Part shown: one piece after another, positions 29,001-41,973 of the stretch
Layout of the letters: every line of letters begins with the position of its first letter
Position numbering within the stretch: position 1 is the stretch's first letter
Assembly: GCA_002269645.1 (NCBI GenBank)
Contig: NIVC01001119.1
Span: 62,001 to 126,000, forward strand
From: Macrostomum lignano
Lineage: Eukaryota
Direction: 5' to 3'
DNA: 64,000 nucleotides
Position numbers and translations under genes: made by a program
The notes under the pieces: model-generated
The model's database searches: none
What the model was told of the DNA's origin: nothing
The model's input: only the letters and a program-made list of their open reading frames with translations

Positions 29001-32000
29001 GAGTAGCAATTCCTTTATAAGTAGCAGTGCCCTTAAATACCTGAACCATAAAATCTTATATAAGAAAATTAACAATACTATTGATTCTTCTACTAAAAAT
29101 ATTATTCTAAACTAATTATAACAATAAACAACCATTTTAGTCATTATTTTAAAGTAAAATATTTCTAATATTTGTAATTTTAAGATTTTTTCAATTAGAA
29201 TACAATCTCATACTATATAGTATTACTAAAGAAATAAAGAAAAGATAACAGTGCATATTTTATAGGCATTGGAACAAGGGTGATGGGATAAAGGGAGAAG
29301 GACCAAGGGGCCATGGTTCTCCCACTTTTAAAGTAAGGGGTCATCAATGATACCTACCCTTACTTTTTAGCAACTTTTGCTAATTTTCTCCAAATAGTAC
29401 AAAAGTTATTCTATTTTTAATAACTTTAAGTTTAAATATTTACCACTTTCATATCTTATAAGAGGTAGAAACTAAAATATAGATTAGATTGTAGATTAGG
29501 TTAGATCCAGGATCTAAGATCCATTAAATAAGCAATTAATTTATTATAACTAATAAGTAATGATCATAGGCATAAGAACAAGGGATGCAAGGGGCTATGC
29601 TTCCCCTTACTTTAAAAGTAAGGGGGAAATCAACTGTACCTGCCTTCTTCTAGTTTCTAAAATGTTTCAATTTAGAATATTTCCTATGTATATTTCCTAA
29701 AAACTTGAAATAATGCTCCAATATATTATTACATAAAATATAATTTTGAACTTTCATTTTAAGACAAAAAAAATTTAGCAAAAATTAATTGACCAATGCT
29801 AAATTTACAAATTAAAGATTTTGATTGGTGATAAGAGACATAATTATATATTGTATAAGACTACAATACTTAACTTAGTATGCATACTCATAAAGTTAAT
29901 ACATGGATAGACTTTACAAAGAATCTTAATATATATTTTGCCATATTGTTTTGATCTCATTATGCATTATTAGTCAATGCTTTCTAGGCCTAAATGTATA
30001 AATAAATATAAATTGTCATTCTCTTATTATGTTGCTAATGCTTAAGCCTTAGGCCTATTTATTGGCTAGGCCTATGCAAAAATTGAAATGTTGCACTCTG
30101 GGTTTTAGTTGTAGGCCTATATTATACAAAATAGTTCAAGTTGTTTCATATTAGATTAAAAAAATAAAAATAATATTTGCTACTTTCCTAATAATATACA
30201 TATTGCAATTAGGCAGTACTGTATAGCTCAACTGAATCCATAATATATATGATAGAAATTTTTTATTTGGGATAGGGTCTATTAAATATAGGGCCTATCT
30301 AATTTAAAAGAAACTACAAAAACAGTAATAATAAAAACCATTTTAGTTACAATAGATAATTAGTAAAACATCCCTGGCCTGAGTCTATCTGAACATTAAA
30401 AATTAATGCAGGTTTTACTATTGCCTTTGTTGAAAATGACCTACACGTCCAAAGTAAGTACACGCCTACGTGTGTAATATAGTATTCTACTACTAGACAT
30501 ATACTAGTCAAGATCAATATATTACCTATAAAAAAATTGCAATTCATCAGAATAAACGCATGGAAAAAATAAAACCCTGTTCGTAAATATCCCGTCAAAA
30601 ATAGGACCTTGAATTAAGGTAAAAATCAATTTTACATCTTGGAACGAGGAATAAGCAGGGTAGGATAAGATAACATAGGGGTCTCGTCTCGGTCAGGAAT
30701 CCAACACAGACACAGAAAATTGAAACGGAGTCTTTGAAGATTTGCACAAAAATAAACGGATAAAAACTTTTTAAATGTGTCAATATATCAGAAAAATAAC
30801 TATAAGAATTCGGGTGACTAAGATCCTTTTGATAAAAATGCCTCTCAACTCTTTCACAACTCCGTGACCCCTTTCGCTGTCAAACACGGCAAAGAAAACA
30901 CAAGAAATCAAAAAAAGAAACAGCTGATTGAAGACATTTAGCTATTTTGCTGTAAGTCCAACATTAAAAAACAAATAAATAATTTAGAAAAAGTAATTAG
31001 GAGTTTTTAATTAAAAAAAAATTTTGTTAGTAATTCTTAAATTACCTTTTGTTATAACGTTTTACTTTATTGTCGTTGACGGCTTAGGATTATGCTAATT
31101 GTTTTAAGACACTTGTAAACTTGCTACAACCATTTTTGATACTATGCATATACTGCAATAACCGTAAAATATTGTTTTTGGTATATGCATAGCATTGTAC
31201 TGAGCAAAGTAAATGATCATGATAAATCCAGCTATTGTATAGCTCAATCCGCGTTTAGTTATACACGTAGGTGTGTCGTGTACACATGATAGAGATGAGC
31301 CCGAATTAAAAACGTTCATGTATTATTATACAGCTACATTTTAATTTAATTTAGTTTCGCAGAAATATTGCATTTAGTTTCACTTTTACGTGCATTGTAT
31401 AAAATTTATCGTATTTCTCCCAAAAAAACGTATAGAAAATAATCATGGTAAACTTCGAAAAATAATGCGCCAAACAAAATGTGCATGTCTCGGTCTGCAC
31501 TTAAGACATTTTTGCAACGATTTTGAAGAGTGAAGATATTTGAATATTTTTAACATTATAGTTGGTTTTGGGATCGAGCCAGTGCATGTCATATCGCATG
31601 ATCTAGAAGATATCTAGAAGAAGATCTAGAAGAAGTAAATCCATATTTTATCTTTTTGGCTAAGATTGGCAGTGGATCAAAATATCTACGTATATATACA
31701 CTAGCTTCTGGCGCTAGTCGAATAAAAATTTTTTGCTTTTTACATCTATTTTACTGAACAGAGAATATTTTGTGAGAAATATACATGTACTTACTTGATT
31801 GAATCATCAAGTGTATTTAGTATCCGTGGATAGCTATACTAGTATAAGTATAACTTCGAAATTCTCGACAAAATCGTAAAATTTGATCTTTCGCCTTCAA
31901 AATAATCGAATTTTGATATATTAAAGGTGGTGGATACACAGATTTTTTCAGACTGGCGTGAAAAGCTTACCGCAGCAATATTAAAATCTATCAGAACAGA

Positions 32001-33062
32001 TCGAGTATATGCATATCTAAAGGAAGACTTGCGCTTGGCATGGTATATGCAATATATATTGTGTACGTTCGTATTTGCTCTCAGTAGTTTGAATCAATGA
32101 AAATACAAAAAATCAAGCTAAATAGAATGTTCACAGTGTCGCAGGTCCTATATAGATGGAGATTCTAAATCAAAATGTAATGCATTTCGCTTCCACTGAA
32201 AGTAATTAAACATTGCGTCAGACATGAAATATAATCCACCCCGATTAAATATACATTGATGAAATTCGTTTTAGCTAAAGTCATTGGTTACAATTACTTA
32301 TATATATAACTGTATAAATGATAGCGCAATGCAAAGCTACTCATGCAACAGTGGCTTTTTATGAAGAAATATAATTACATGAACAGAGAAACAAATTACT
32401 ACTAAGTAGTAGGCATACGTAGTACTTGTGTGACGGTTTTAGTTCTTGTACATAGTTTTTGCAAAATTAATTATTGGTATTTTAATCTGGTACTAATTAA
32501 TTGTATTTGCGCACATACGCTCGTACTGGTGGACCTGTTAATCAGATAAAGTTTTTCAGTATTTTGTTTAAACCTTAATATTCAAATTTCAAATGACTAT
32601 AAAAACGTTTTGAATTTCCATCAAGCTGTTTGTCTGGTTTGTCGCTTGTCGATCTTGGCTTTGTGCTGGCTCTAATACTTAATAATAGATAAATATATTG
32701 AATAGTTCGCAGTTGTTCGACAATATTTTCGACAGCTTCCTGTAATTCGCCCGGTCTACTACTACTTCTTCATACTCGTACATGTAAACCCTGATACACA
32801 ACTCATCAACATCAGCAAAAGAAAAGTAGGCTTAATAAAATCGTCACACTTGTAAACAGCATGGACATAACATTTATCTGTCTCTGCCTGTCTGCCTGTC
32901 TGCCTGACTGGTTCAGATCCTGTCTGACAGTACAGATCCTGTCTAGGACAGCTGGTTTGTCCTCTCTGCTTTTGTTGCCTATATATGTCAATCCCTGCTG
33001 TCAAGTATGGCGGAGAACTGCATTATTTAAGGCGTGCGAATGTGGAAGGCTTGCCAGAGAGG

Positions 33063-36000
33063 TCATATAAGGCCACTCAAGCTGTAATCGCTGGGCCGCC
33101 TGCCGACGCTGCCGATGCCGCTGGAGCCGCCGCCGATCGGGCCCGAGTAGGTCTTGAAGATGTCGCTGAGCCGCTCGAAGTTGGGCCGCTCTGCCGGACT
33201 GGCCATCCAGCACATCAGCATCACGTCGTAGAGATAATCGTCGCATTCAACTCCGTCGGCGCGGTTGGGATTCTCCATCCGGTAGCCGTCGGACACCATC
33301 GGGATGATGTCCTTGTTGGGAAACTGTTTGTAGGGCAGGTCGCCTCTGGTGACGATTTCGTAGAGCAGAACTCCGAACGACCAAACGTCCGACTCGGTGG
33401 TGAATCGCTTGTTCTTGGCCGCCTCCGGGGCCGTCCAGCGCACCGGGAAGCGAATCCGGTTTTCAACGTCGTCGCCTTCTTCGCCTCCGCTGAGACATTT
33501 GCTCAAACCGAAGTCGCTCACCTTGACGATGTTATTGTCGCTCACAAGGATGTTAGCCGCTCTTAGATCGCGATGTACTACGGAATTCTTAGCCAAATAA
33601 GTCATGCCGTCTGCTATCTGATACATCATGTCCGTCATGTCGCTGAATGTCACTTGGCGTCGCTCCCGATCGCGTCGGAGGTAGTTGCTGAGAGCGCCAA
33701 GACGCATGTACTCCGTGATGATGTAGAACGGCTCCTCCAGGGTGCACACGCCCAATAGCTGGACAACCCGGGGATGGTGAAGGCGATAGTGCAGTTTGGC
33801 TTCGGCCAGAAACTCCTCCTTGTTCATGCTGCCGGGCTTCATGGCTTTAACGGCGACAACAACTAAGCGACCGAGATAGGCTTGGTACACCTGCGGCAGG
33901 TTAGATGGAGATCCGGTAAAAAAAGCTTAAAACCCAGAAAAACAACAAATACGTCATCCTGATAAAGGCTTTGCAACAAAAATTAGTCGTTGCACACAAA
34001 AGGCCAAATTTGGCGCTTAAATTTCTCAAAATTGTACTAAAGAAACTCATGCAGTCGGTATTTTCTAACATCGTTAGGTTCTTAAGAAACATTTGAAGGT
34101 TTAATTTTTTAAAAACTTTTAACAGGAAGAATGAGGCTTGAATTATGCCGTTCAGTACGAGCGTTATGTCAATGAATGGGTCAGCGCTATGGGTTTAGGA
34201 TTATATAGGCATTCGATTCCCTGCCGACTCTACTTTTTAGTGGTACCTGGAAAAAGCAAAGCCCCAGACTTAAGAGTTCATGTTTTGCAGCTGGCCATCA
34301 CCAGCAGTTGTAATTGCAATCAAGTGCCAAACCAGAACTTTTTAAGGTTTGACCGTCAATTCTCAGTCCAAGCTTATAATGACTTGGAATTCTTAAGCAG
34401 AGTGTGGCAAACAACGAAAAAAAGCTAAACGGGTCTTAAGAGGAGGGTAGAGAGGCTTCGGCATGGAATGTGACCTCAGGTGCGAGGGATCAATAAAGAT
34501 GGTTAGCCGCAGTAACACACGGTCCCGAGAGGATTGGCTTGCCATCTATAAATATTTGATAGCAATCGCGTAACCTGGCCAGGTCGCTCTTGCACTGCAC
34601 AGGCTATGATTAAACCCATTGTATAGTTACGACTATATCCTGTCCAAAATCGGCAAAATGTCTTCGCCCGCCGATTGTAGGTTTTGTTTTGAAAACAGCG
34701 TGTGGCATGGATCGGCTCTAATTGCTGTTATCGAATCATTATCGCTGAAAAAGTAATTTTTGGACACTTTTCTTCTGAAATTGAATTCACAAGTCTGCAT
34801 ATTGAACATATAAGTTAATTAACAGCCTCAAAATCTTAAAGGCACGAAAAAAGAAATTTTACCTTTTTCAGTCATTTTTATAACTTTGGAAGGTAGAATG
34901 ATGACACTTTTGTGGCACTGATGGCACTCATTTTGGGGCAGCAGTCACTCATTTTGGCGCCGCAGTCACTCATTTTGGCGCAGCGGGCACTCATTTTGGT
35001 GCAGCAGTCACTCATTTTGTTGCAGCGGGCACTCATTTTTTGCGCCGCAAGCACTCAATCGTGTAAATTGTTATTTAACTCATACTAGCAGCTTAGCCAA
35101 CAGGGACCATGAAATGTTTTAATCGGCATTTTAAAAGCAAAAACTTCGATCCTGCCCAAAAATCCTGAATATACGGGAGCTACAGTATATAAATTGTCAA
35201 GATTACGATCGCTAGATAGCTTAAGTAACCTTAACTTCTGTTGACACCCCCGACTTCGTTAGTAATCGGGTTTAAAATTAAGTTTATAAGCTACATGTAA
35301 ACAATGAGCGAACTTCGCTGACGTATAAGATATATTTAACGATCTTAAATGACACACGAATGCCCGCTCGTGCAAAGCCATGGATTTGCAATTGGATGTA
35401 AACGGGCACTTGAAGAAGTGAAGTTCCTTCGAACTAAGCTGATCAGCGGCAAGTAATTTAGCTATCTCTTTTCATCGATTGAAAAGCTCTGTCAACTGCG
35501 GCTTACTGTAAAATTTCGTTGGTCAGTGAGTCTATAGTAAAGTTAAGCTCACCTCGCCAAAAGAGCCGTGACCGAGCGCCTGTAGCAACCTGAGCGACTG
35601 TCGATTCACTTCGAAGTCTCGTAGCTGCAGCGGCGGCATCCATCGCCTGGGGCACGGCTCCGTCAGCCGGCAGCACAGACCGTCCCTGTGCTGCCGATAG
35701 TGCTCTAGGAGGTCCGTGATGCTTGGGAAACAGGTGCTTGGATTGACAAAGTAACCGTTAGTACCTTCTCGAACCATGTAATGCTTCACTAGGACTTGGC
35801 GTGCCTGGGTTGGAGCTGCATTTTTCGGAGAGTTGCGGTTGTCAAAATGATACGAAATCAAATCAAGATGAGCAGAATGAGGATCTACGGTCAAGTGAGT
35901 AGGCTAAGGAAATACGATCAAGGTGAAGAGATTAAGGACCTACGAGCGTACGACTAAGGCGAGTAGGTTGATTAGGGTTAGGAGGTTGAGGATCTGCGAT

Positions 36001-37455
36001 CAAGGAGATGATGAGGAGTAAACCCAGCTAATTAAGATATTGTACCATGACCTTTGTGCCCGCTGGGCACTTATTCTTACCTTTTAATGCCATAGACTAT
36101 ATTTAAGCCCGCTTGCAGGAGTCAAACTTACTTTAATTCAAATTAGCGGGCAGTTAATGACATTTAACGCCCGATTGTCTATTTCAAACTTACTTTAATG
36201 CAAATTAGCGGGCAGTTAATGTCATTAACTGCCCGCTAATTTTGTTCCACTTTGTCAAGGACACAAATGTCTATGGCACAATAGTACATTAATACCCCTG
36301 CTTTAAGGGCGTTAATGGGAAAATCAGAGGGCGCCGTTAACATTAACGACATTAACTGCACAGCGACATTAACTGCCCGCTAATTTGCATTAAAGTAAGT
36401 TTGAAATAGACAATCGGGCGTTTAATGTCATTAACTGCCCGCTAATTTGCATTAAAGTAAGTTTGACTCCTGCAAGCGGGCTTAAATGTAGTCTATGGCA
36501 TTAAAAGGTAAGAATAAGTGCCCAGCGGGCACAAAGGTCATGGTACAATAATAGCTCGTAGTAATACCCATGCTTTAAGGGCGCCAATGGGAAAATCAGA
36601 GGGCGCCTCTTCAGAACTGCAGTAGGGTAGTGTGTCCAGAACTGCAGTAGGGTAGTGCTGAGGTATAAATCACAATCTCTGGCGCCCTCTGATTTTCCCA
36701 TCAACGCCCCCAAAGCATGGGTATTAATGTACTATTATTCAAGGGTAGAGGCTTTGTCACACTGAAATCAAATATAGGACCAATAGAAGTAACCGTTGTA
36801 ACGGTAACTTCTAGTGGTACTTGCATCAAATACGCTACGTGTGTAATAGAGTCAGACACGACTGATGTACAAAGCTCCGTACAGATTCGTGTACAAGCCG
36901 TGTAATTGACGTTGCGATCGTGTAGACTTGCTATAAAATTCTACAAGAAAGACAGCTCACCCTCAACTTTGCCGTCAATTGCCGCTGTCTCGCCGTTGAC
37001 ACATGTCGCGTCGTTCCCGTCCTCGCTGCCTGTCGCGCCTCTATAGTCCTCGTCGCCACCGTCCGCATCTGCTCCCTCCTCGGTGCGCACGCTGAGGGTG
37101 ATATTGGCCTGACCCTGGGCCTGATGACACGGTCGCAATAGGTAGCTGCCTCTGGGCAGGCCAGGCAGCATGAGATTCCGCTCGGCCTCTCGGCGATCTA
37201 GATCGAACCAGCACTCTAGCGAACTCGGACTGCCGTCCAGCACTTGGACATAGTTGTAGGGCACGTAGCCCGTCTGTCTTGTCCGTTGGTTTCTGGCCAG
37301 CAGCCAAGCCGAGTCGGTCGCGTCCAACAGTTGCAGAATGTCACCTTTGCGAAATGACAAATCACCTTCGACCTGCGCTTCGAAGGAGAACAGAGCTCGG
37401 AGCTTCTCAGTGCTGGACGTCTCGGCGGAGGCTAGCGAAGTTGAAGACGATGGAG

Positions 37456-37489
<34 letters not shown>

Positions 37490-37753
37490 TTGTTGTGACG
37501 CGACGGACCAGCCCAACTTACCTTGAGGTGCCGAGATCGACATTTGCAAGCGTCGACGACTGTCAGACAGAGAGGAGGCCGAAGACGACTGAACCAGAAA
37601 GTCCGAGAAGCCGCTTTCGTCACCGATAACTGAGCGCTGCTGCTGCCGCTGCTGCTGCTGCTGAAGTTGTTGCTGCTGAAACGGCTCAGATATTCGACGA
37701 ACCTCAGCAGCTTTTTTCTTTGCCTTCGACAATTTCGACGCATTCTTGCCCAT
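33063..37753 (-). CDS. Src-family tyrosine kinase paralog 1 (myristoylation-SH3-SH2-kinase), ~627 aa
   Basis: Exons 37753-36961, 35815-35553 and 33890-33063 (phases 1, 0). MGKNASK N-terminus with poly-Q; SH3 RALFSF...GYVPYNY; SH2 WFDLDRREAERNL...YLLRP...KHY; kinase GHGSFGEV, VAVK, HRDLRAAN, DFG, FPVRWTAPE; tail DYSLSGLI. Confidence 0.93.
34915..35055. repeat. Short 21-bp tandem repeat GCAGTCACTCATTTTGGCGCA, intron
   Basis: About 6 degenerate copies. Confidence 0.75.
36038..36550. mobile_element. Foldback/MITE with ~190-bp near-perfect TIRs containing internal subrepeats, kinase 1 intron 1
   Basis: TATTGTACCATGACCTTTGTGCCCGCTGGGCAC... pairs with ...GTGCCCAGCGGGCACAAAGGTCATGGTACAATA. Confidence 0.85.
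36555..36745. mobile_element. Second small inverted-repeat element sharing sequence with the interior of the neighbouring foldback
   Basis: TAATACCCATGCTTTAAGGGCGCCAATGGGAAAATCAGAGGGCGCC is inverted at 36680-36735 and also present directly at ~36285-36335. Confidence 0.6.
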
Positions 37754-40700
37754 GCTTCGGTAGGTTCAGAAAATTTCTGTAGATTCTGCAGCTCTTCAGG
37801 TAGTGACGTATCTTTTGAAATTTGAAACTTTGAAATTTGAAATCTACTGTAAATTTTTCTTCATATAGTTAAAACTGATTCTCTCTATCTATCGTGGAAA
37901 GCGTATCTACATACAGTGGCGCCTAAACTGGGGTAGCTGGCACAGCGGACCAAGTGGCCATTGCGCCTGTGGACGCATGCACAGTATCAGTAGGTATATA
38001 AGGTAAGAATGCAACTGCCGCAAAGTTTTTATACTGGTTCTAATATGTTTGGACAAGCCAATGCGCGAGCGTATCGCTAACTGCCCAGTCGTTTCTTTAG
38101 AGATTACAAAAGCCTATGGCAAGCAGTTCTGAGTTGCCGGCTGGCGTACGTTCTCGTCAGTGCAGTAGACTGCTGGGAGTGAGTATACAGGGCGGGGTAA
38201 GCCGAATGGGGTTGGCTGGATGCACTTTAGCTGAATAGAATGAGGGACGGACTGAGAATATAAGCGCAGAATTAGGGGGCTTAGGCGTGGCAGAGAGAAT
38301 ATATGAGGTAGAGGGATAAAGAGAGCCCACTGCTGTACTTTGCCACCTTTTAGGCAGTCTCATGTCGCCTCTCTCAGTGTCTCTCCTTTGCCTGGTTTAA
38401 AGCCACCACAACGAGAGAGCGCGAATCTAATTGGGCCGTGGAAAACACAGCGTTGGCAGTTTAAATTGGCTTCAAAACCCACCCTTCATCGTGGGCAGCT
38501 AGCAATGAAGTACAAGTACACAAAACGCAAGCAGTCTTGGCTCTTATCTTAATAGCAATCTGTTTGGTCCTAACCAGAAATTGCATGTCTGCTTTGCTAG
38601 AAAGAGCATGAGTGGCTCTCCCGACCATTAAAAGAAAAACTTGAGCACACTCACACATCTGGCTGTGTACACTGCAAGCATAGTTTAGTGTTTGCGCGCT
38701 TTCTTTGCGTCAGGCCACTTTGACCTATTATTCGTATCAAGATGCTGCAATGTTGTAGCGTATGATCTGAACCCAACCTTGCTTATTCTTAATTCCTGTC
38801 TTACTAAATAAAAGTCCACATTTATGGCATTAGTCACATCACTATTCGCTTAACAGAATAATACTTTTATTACACAAAAAAATTAGGAATAAAAATAATT
38901 GTAAAAAGCAACTAGGATGATTAAATTAGAAATTAAAGCAGTACACCTAATATCAAGCATTCCAGCTTAAGATATATTAGCATCCCATCTGAGCAATGAT
39001 GGCATCTTCTCAGCAACTATAACCATTAAGTCATAATGGCATCTAGCAACTATACGAAATATTACGAAAATCATTATTTGTTTACCTTTAAAAAGGTAAA
39101 ATAAGTAAAAACCCAGATTTCTACTGTTAGTAGAATGTCAATATACCGCAGTATAAATAACGCTTAATGTGTCATTTCAACTTTTCAATTTCAAACTGCA
39201 AAATATCGACGTGATGAAGACGAAAATGTGCTAGGAATTCTTCAATTGCTAAAGTAAAAACTTTATAATAACTGTCCACAGGTTAAATTTGTAGGGGCTT
39301 TCGGTAATCATGACCGAATGAGCCGAGGCGGTTGTTCTTAATTTGCCATGGTGAGTTGAGATAACGTTCTTGATAGAACTTCGCGCTCGTTAGTTTTATT
39401 TTTAGATGAAGAAAAATGGCAGTTCGTAAAAATACCGGAAAATTTAAAACGTTAAAACAAACTAAAAATATTCTGAGTATGATACGCTAAAACGGTCTAA
39501 TGCAACAAACTTTTTTACATTAAATATATCGATTTTAGTTAAACATGGTGAACAAACTACATGTGTGTGCAATATAAGTAAAATTGAAATATCTAGAAAG
39601 TACTATAACTGACTTTGATTATAAATATGAGAAAACAAATTTGTGGGAGTATATTAATAAATGTTAATATTTAATAGCTGAAATAAATTTAAGCATGTCA
39701 TAAAACATAATGAAGTTTTTACTTTTTAAAGTGAACTTTGTTAAGATAAATCATGCATAATTCATAATGTCCGATGTCCGAAATGGCCGATTAAGAGACT
39801 ATGCGAGGCATACAAGGACAGTCTAGTCAGGGCTGGAAACGAGGACTTTTGCATAAAGGGGGATCTTTTAGCTGGTGAGCGGTTTTAGACTACAATGCCC
39901 TCCTAAGCTCCAGGATTCCAAGGGTGGATAATAAATACCGCCATTTTAATATCTTTCCTTCTCGATGGGTTCCATGCAGCAAGGGATGCGGAAGTACGGG
40001 TCCCAGGGCTCTCTCGTGGTGTACATCCAATTAGGACTTATTTAGTTAATGCTATGGTTATTTGGTTAAATTCGGCTCATACTCGGTGATCTTCCACTCT
40101 GATCCTCAGCTTCTATTCCATGCTCTGGGACAGGCGCACTTTCTACTCACGCTTCATACCACGCGTCATTGTAAATAAACAAACAGACAAAAGCAAACAA
40201 ATTGAATAGCTATAATGCCCTGAATTACTGGCTCTAAACTTGGCCCTAACCGCTCGGTTAATTTTTAAGACGAAATTAATAAGTTAAGATTGAAAAATGA
40301 GGAGATGATGGGCAATGGGGGGACCTCGGCTGACTATAACCAAAGGGCAGCGTAACAGAGAGAGTGAAATACCTTACAGACGCGGCCGACGGGCAGGGCT
40401 GCTTGGCACGGTGGTTCTCGGATAGTCACGGAGGCGGCTGCAGTCACGGACGAGACGTGTCAGTAGGTTAAAGCCAAGGGAAGTTACAGCTCAGCACGGT
40501 GGCACAGGAACCGGCTGCCGCTCAGGGCTAGGGTGAAGGTAACGGTAAAAAGGGGGCCGAGGAAACGGGGAAGGTTCAAAAACCGGCGCCCTGAGATCAC
40601 GCGTCATGCGATCACGTGAGCGTGATGCATGATATTGAAGGCCGTGACTTGTCCTTGACCTCTGTTACCAAACAACCCTGATGACGTCACCCACCAGCCG

Positions 40701-41351
40701 CGCTGCGATTGGGCACGAGAAATTGGGGTGGGATACAGCAGAGAAAAATGATTTACGATGGTGGATTACGTAACAGGCAGGAAAAAGCTTGGGGAGATAG
40801 GGGGTCATAAAACTGTCTCACGCATGAATGATTAGTATATAGGATGTGGGGTTGGTGCGCAGGGAAGTGGAGTGGGCAATAAGCATGAGTCACAAATAAA
40901 TCTTAATGAGTCATCACGGGGGCGCGGGAATCGCAGGGAAAGAAGGGAGGGTGCGCAGAAATTAGTGGGGGGGGGGGGCTTAGGACGTGCCTAATATCAC
41001 TTTAATCAAATACATGTAAATAATATTACAACGCAAAATCTATAATATTAATGAATTGAACTGGATAAATATTCAAGGCGTCAAAAACCACGGGCTACTA
41101 CCAGCTAACCAAGGCTTTTACGTAAAAAAAAAATTAAATACATAAAATAATTTTATATTTATATGCTGCATACGAAATACGCATAAGTTAATTTTTTTGA
41201 CTACACGTGTATCCAAAGTATTTGAAATAAAAGAATTCTAATTGACAAATTCAAATCTGGAATTTCAAATTTCTATTTTAAATATGACAATCCCAGGCTT
41301 CACAGCAAAACTTATCAAAGTTTAATTGGTCACAATTAATGTCATACTTCG

Positions 41352-41811
41352 AAGCAAGGACCACTGTAGTGTAACAAACAGGATGTAAAATCAAAGATCG
41401 TGTAATTTTTTGAGAGGCCCATTTCCCGGGGAAAAGTACACTGCGAAAAGAGAAAAATATTATGTTCACCACAAAATCAATGACTGCAACATTTTAACAA
41501 ATATACTTGATTGAAAAAGGATAAATTTTTGAGTAATTTAAAATTTTGGCTTGGGCTTTTGAAATAAAAAGGCACTATGAAAATGAAACTTTCACGACAC
41601 AACTATAAAATACAACACCCCAGCAACACCTTGTGCATGTTAAATTAAAAGAAGGGTAATTTTCACTGCTACAAATCAAATGCAATAATTGATTTTGTGA
41701 TGAAAAATGATTTTTCCTATCTCCACAGTGTATTTTTCCAGGAAATTTACATCTAAGAATAAACACGATCTTTAAGTTTTACGTCCTGCTATACTACAGT
41801 GGTGCTTGCTT
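41352..41811. mobile_element. MITE of the same family as 6958-8014 (shorter and more diverged)
   Basis: TIR AAGCAAGGACCACTGTAGT...CAAAGATCGTG pairs with CACGATCTTT...ACTACAGTGGTGCTTGCTT. Internal TGTGCATGTTAAATTAAAAGAA and CCTATCT..CAGTGTATTTTTCCAGGAAAT are shared with 7840-7950. Confidence 0.75.
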
Positions 41812-41973
41812 TAAAGTGCTATACATTACAGGTCAATTTAATAATCCGTTAACTGCTATAAGTTTGCAGATAAACTTTTTGCATTTTTACTTCCAATAAA
41901 ATATTCACAGATCCGATTAAAAGATTACGTAATTGGTATATTAAAGTTTACAATAGTACATTACGATATATTG

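Noticed and set aside
27300-30350. Very AT-rich tract (also 58500-60500)
   Set aside because: No ORF, periodicity or termini recognised; left unannotated.
38130-38860. Possible solo LTR ending AATAAA...TTAACA
   Set aside because: No matching TG start with a target-site duplication could be found.
40140-40155. Possible primer-binding site (TGGTATGAAGCG on the minus strand)
   Set aside because: Not adjacent to a clear LTR CA end and no recognisable tRNA 3' complement.
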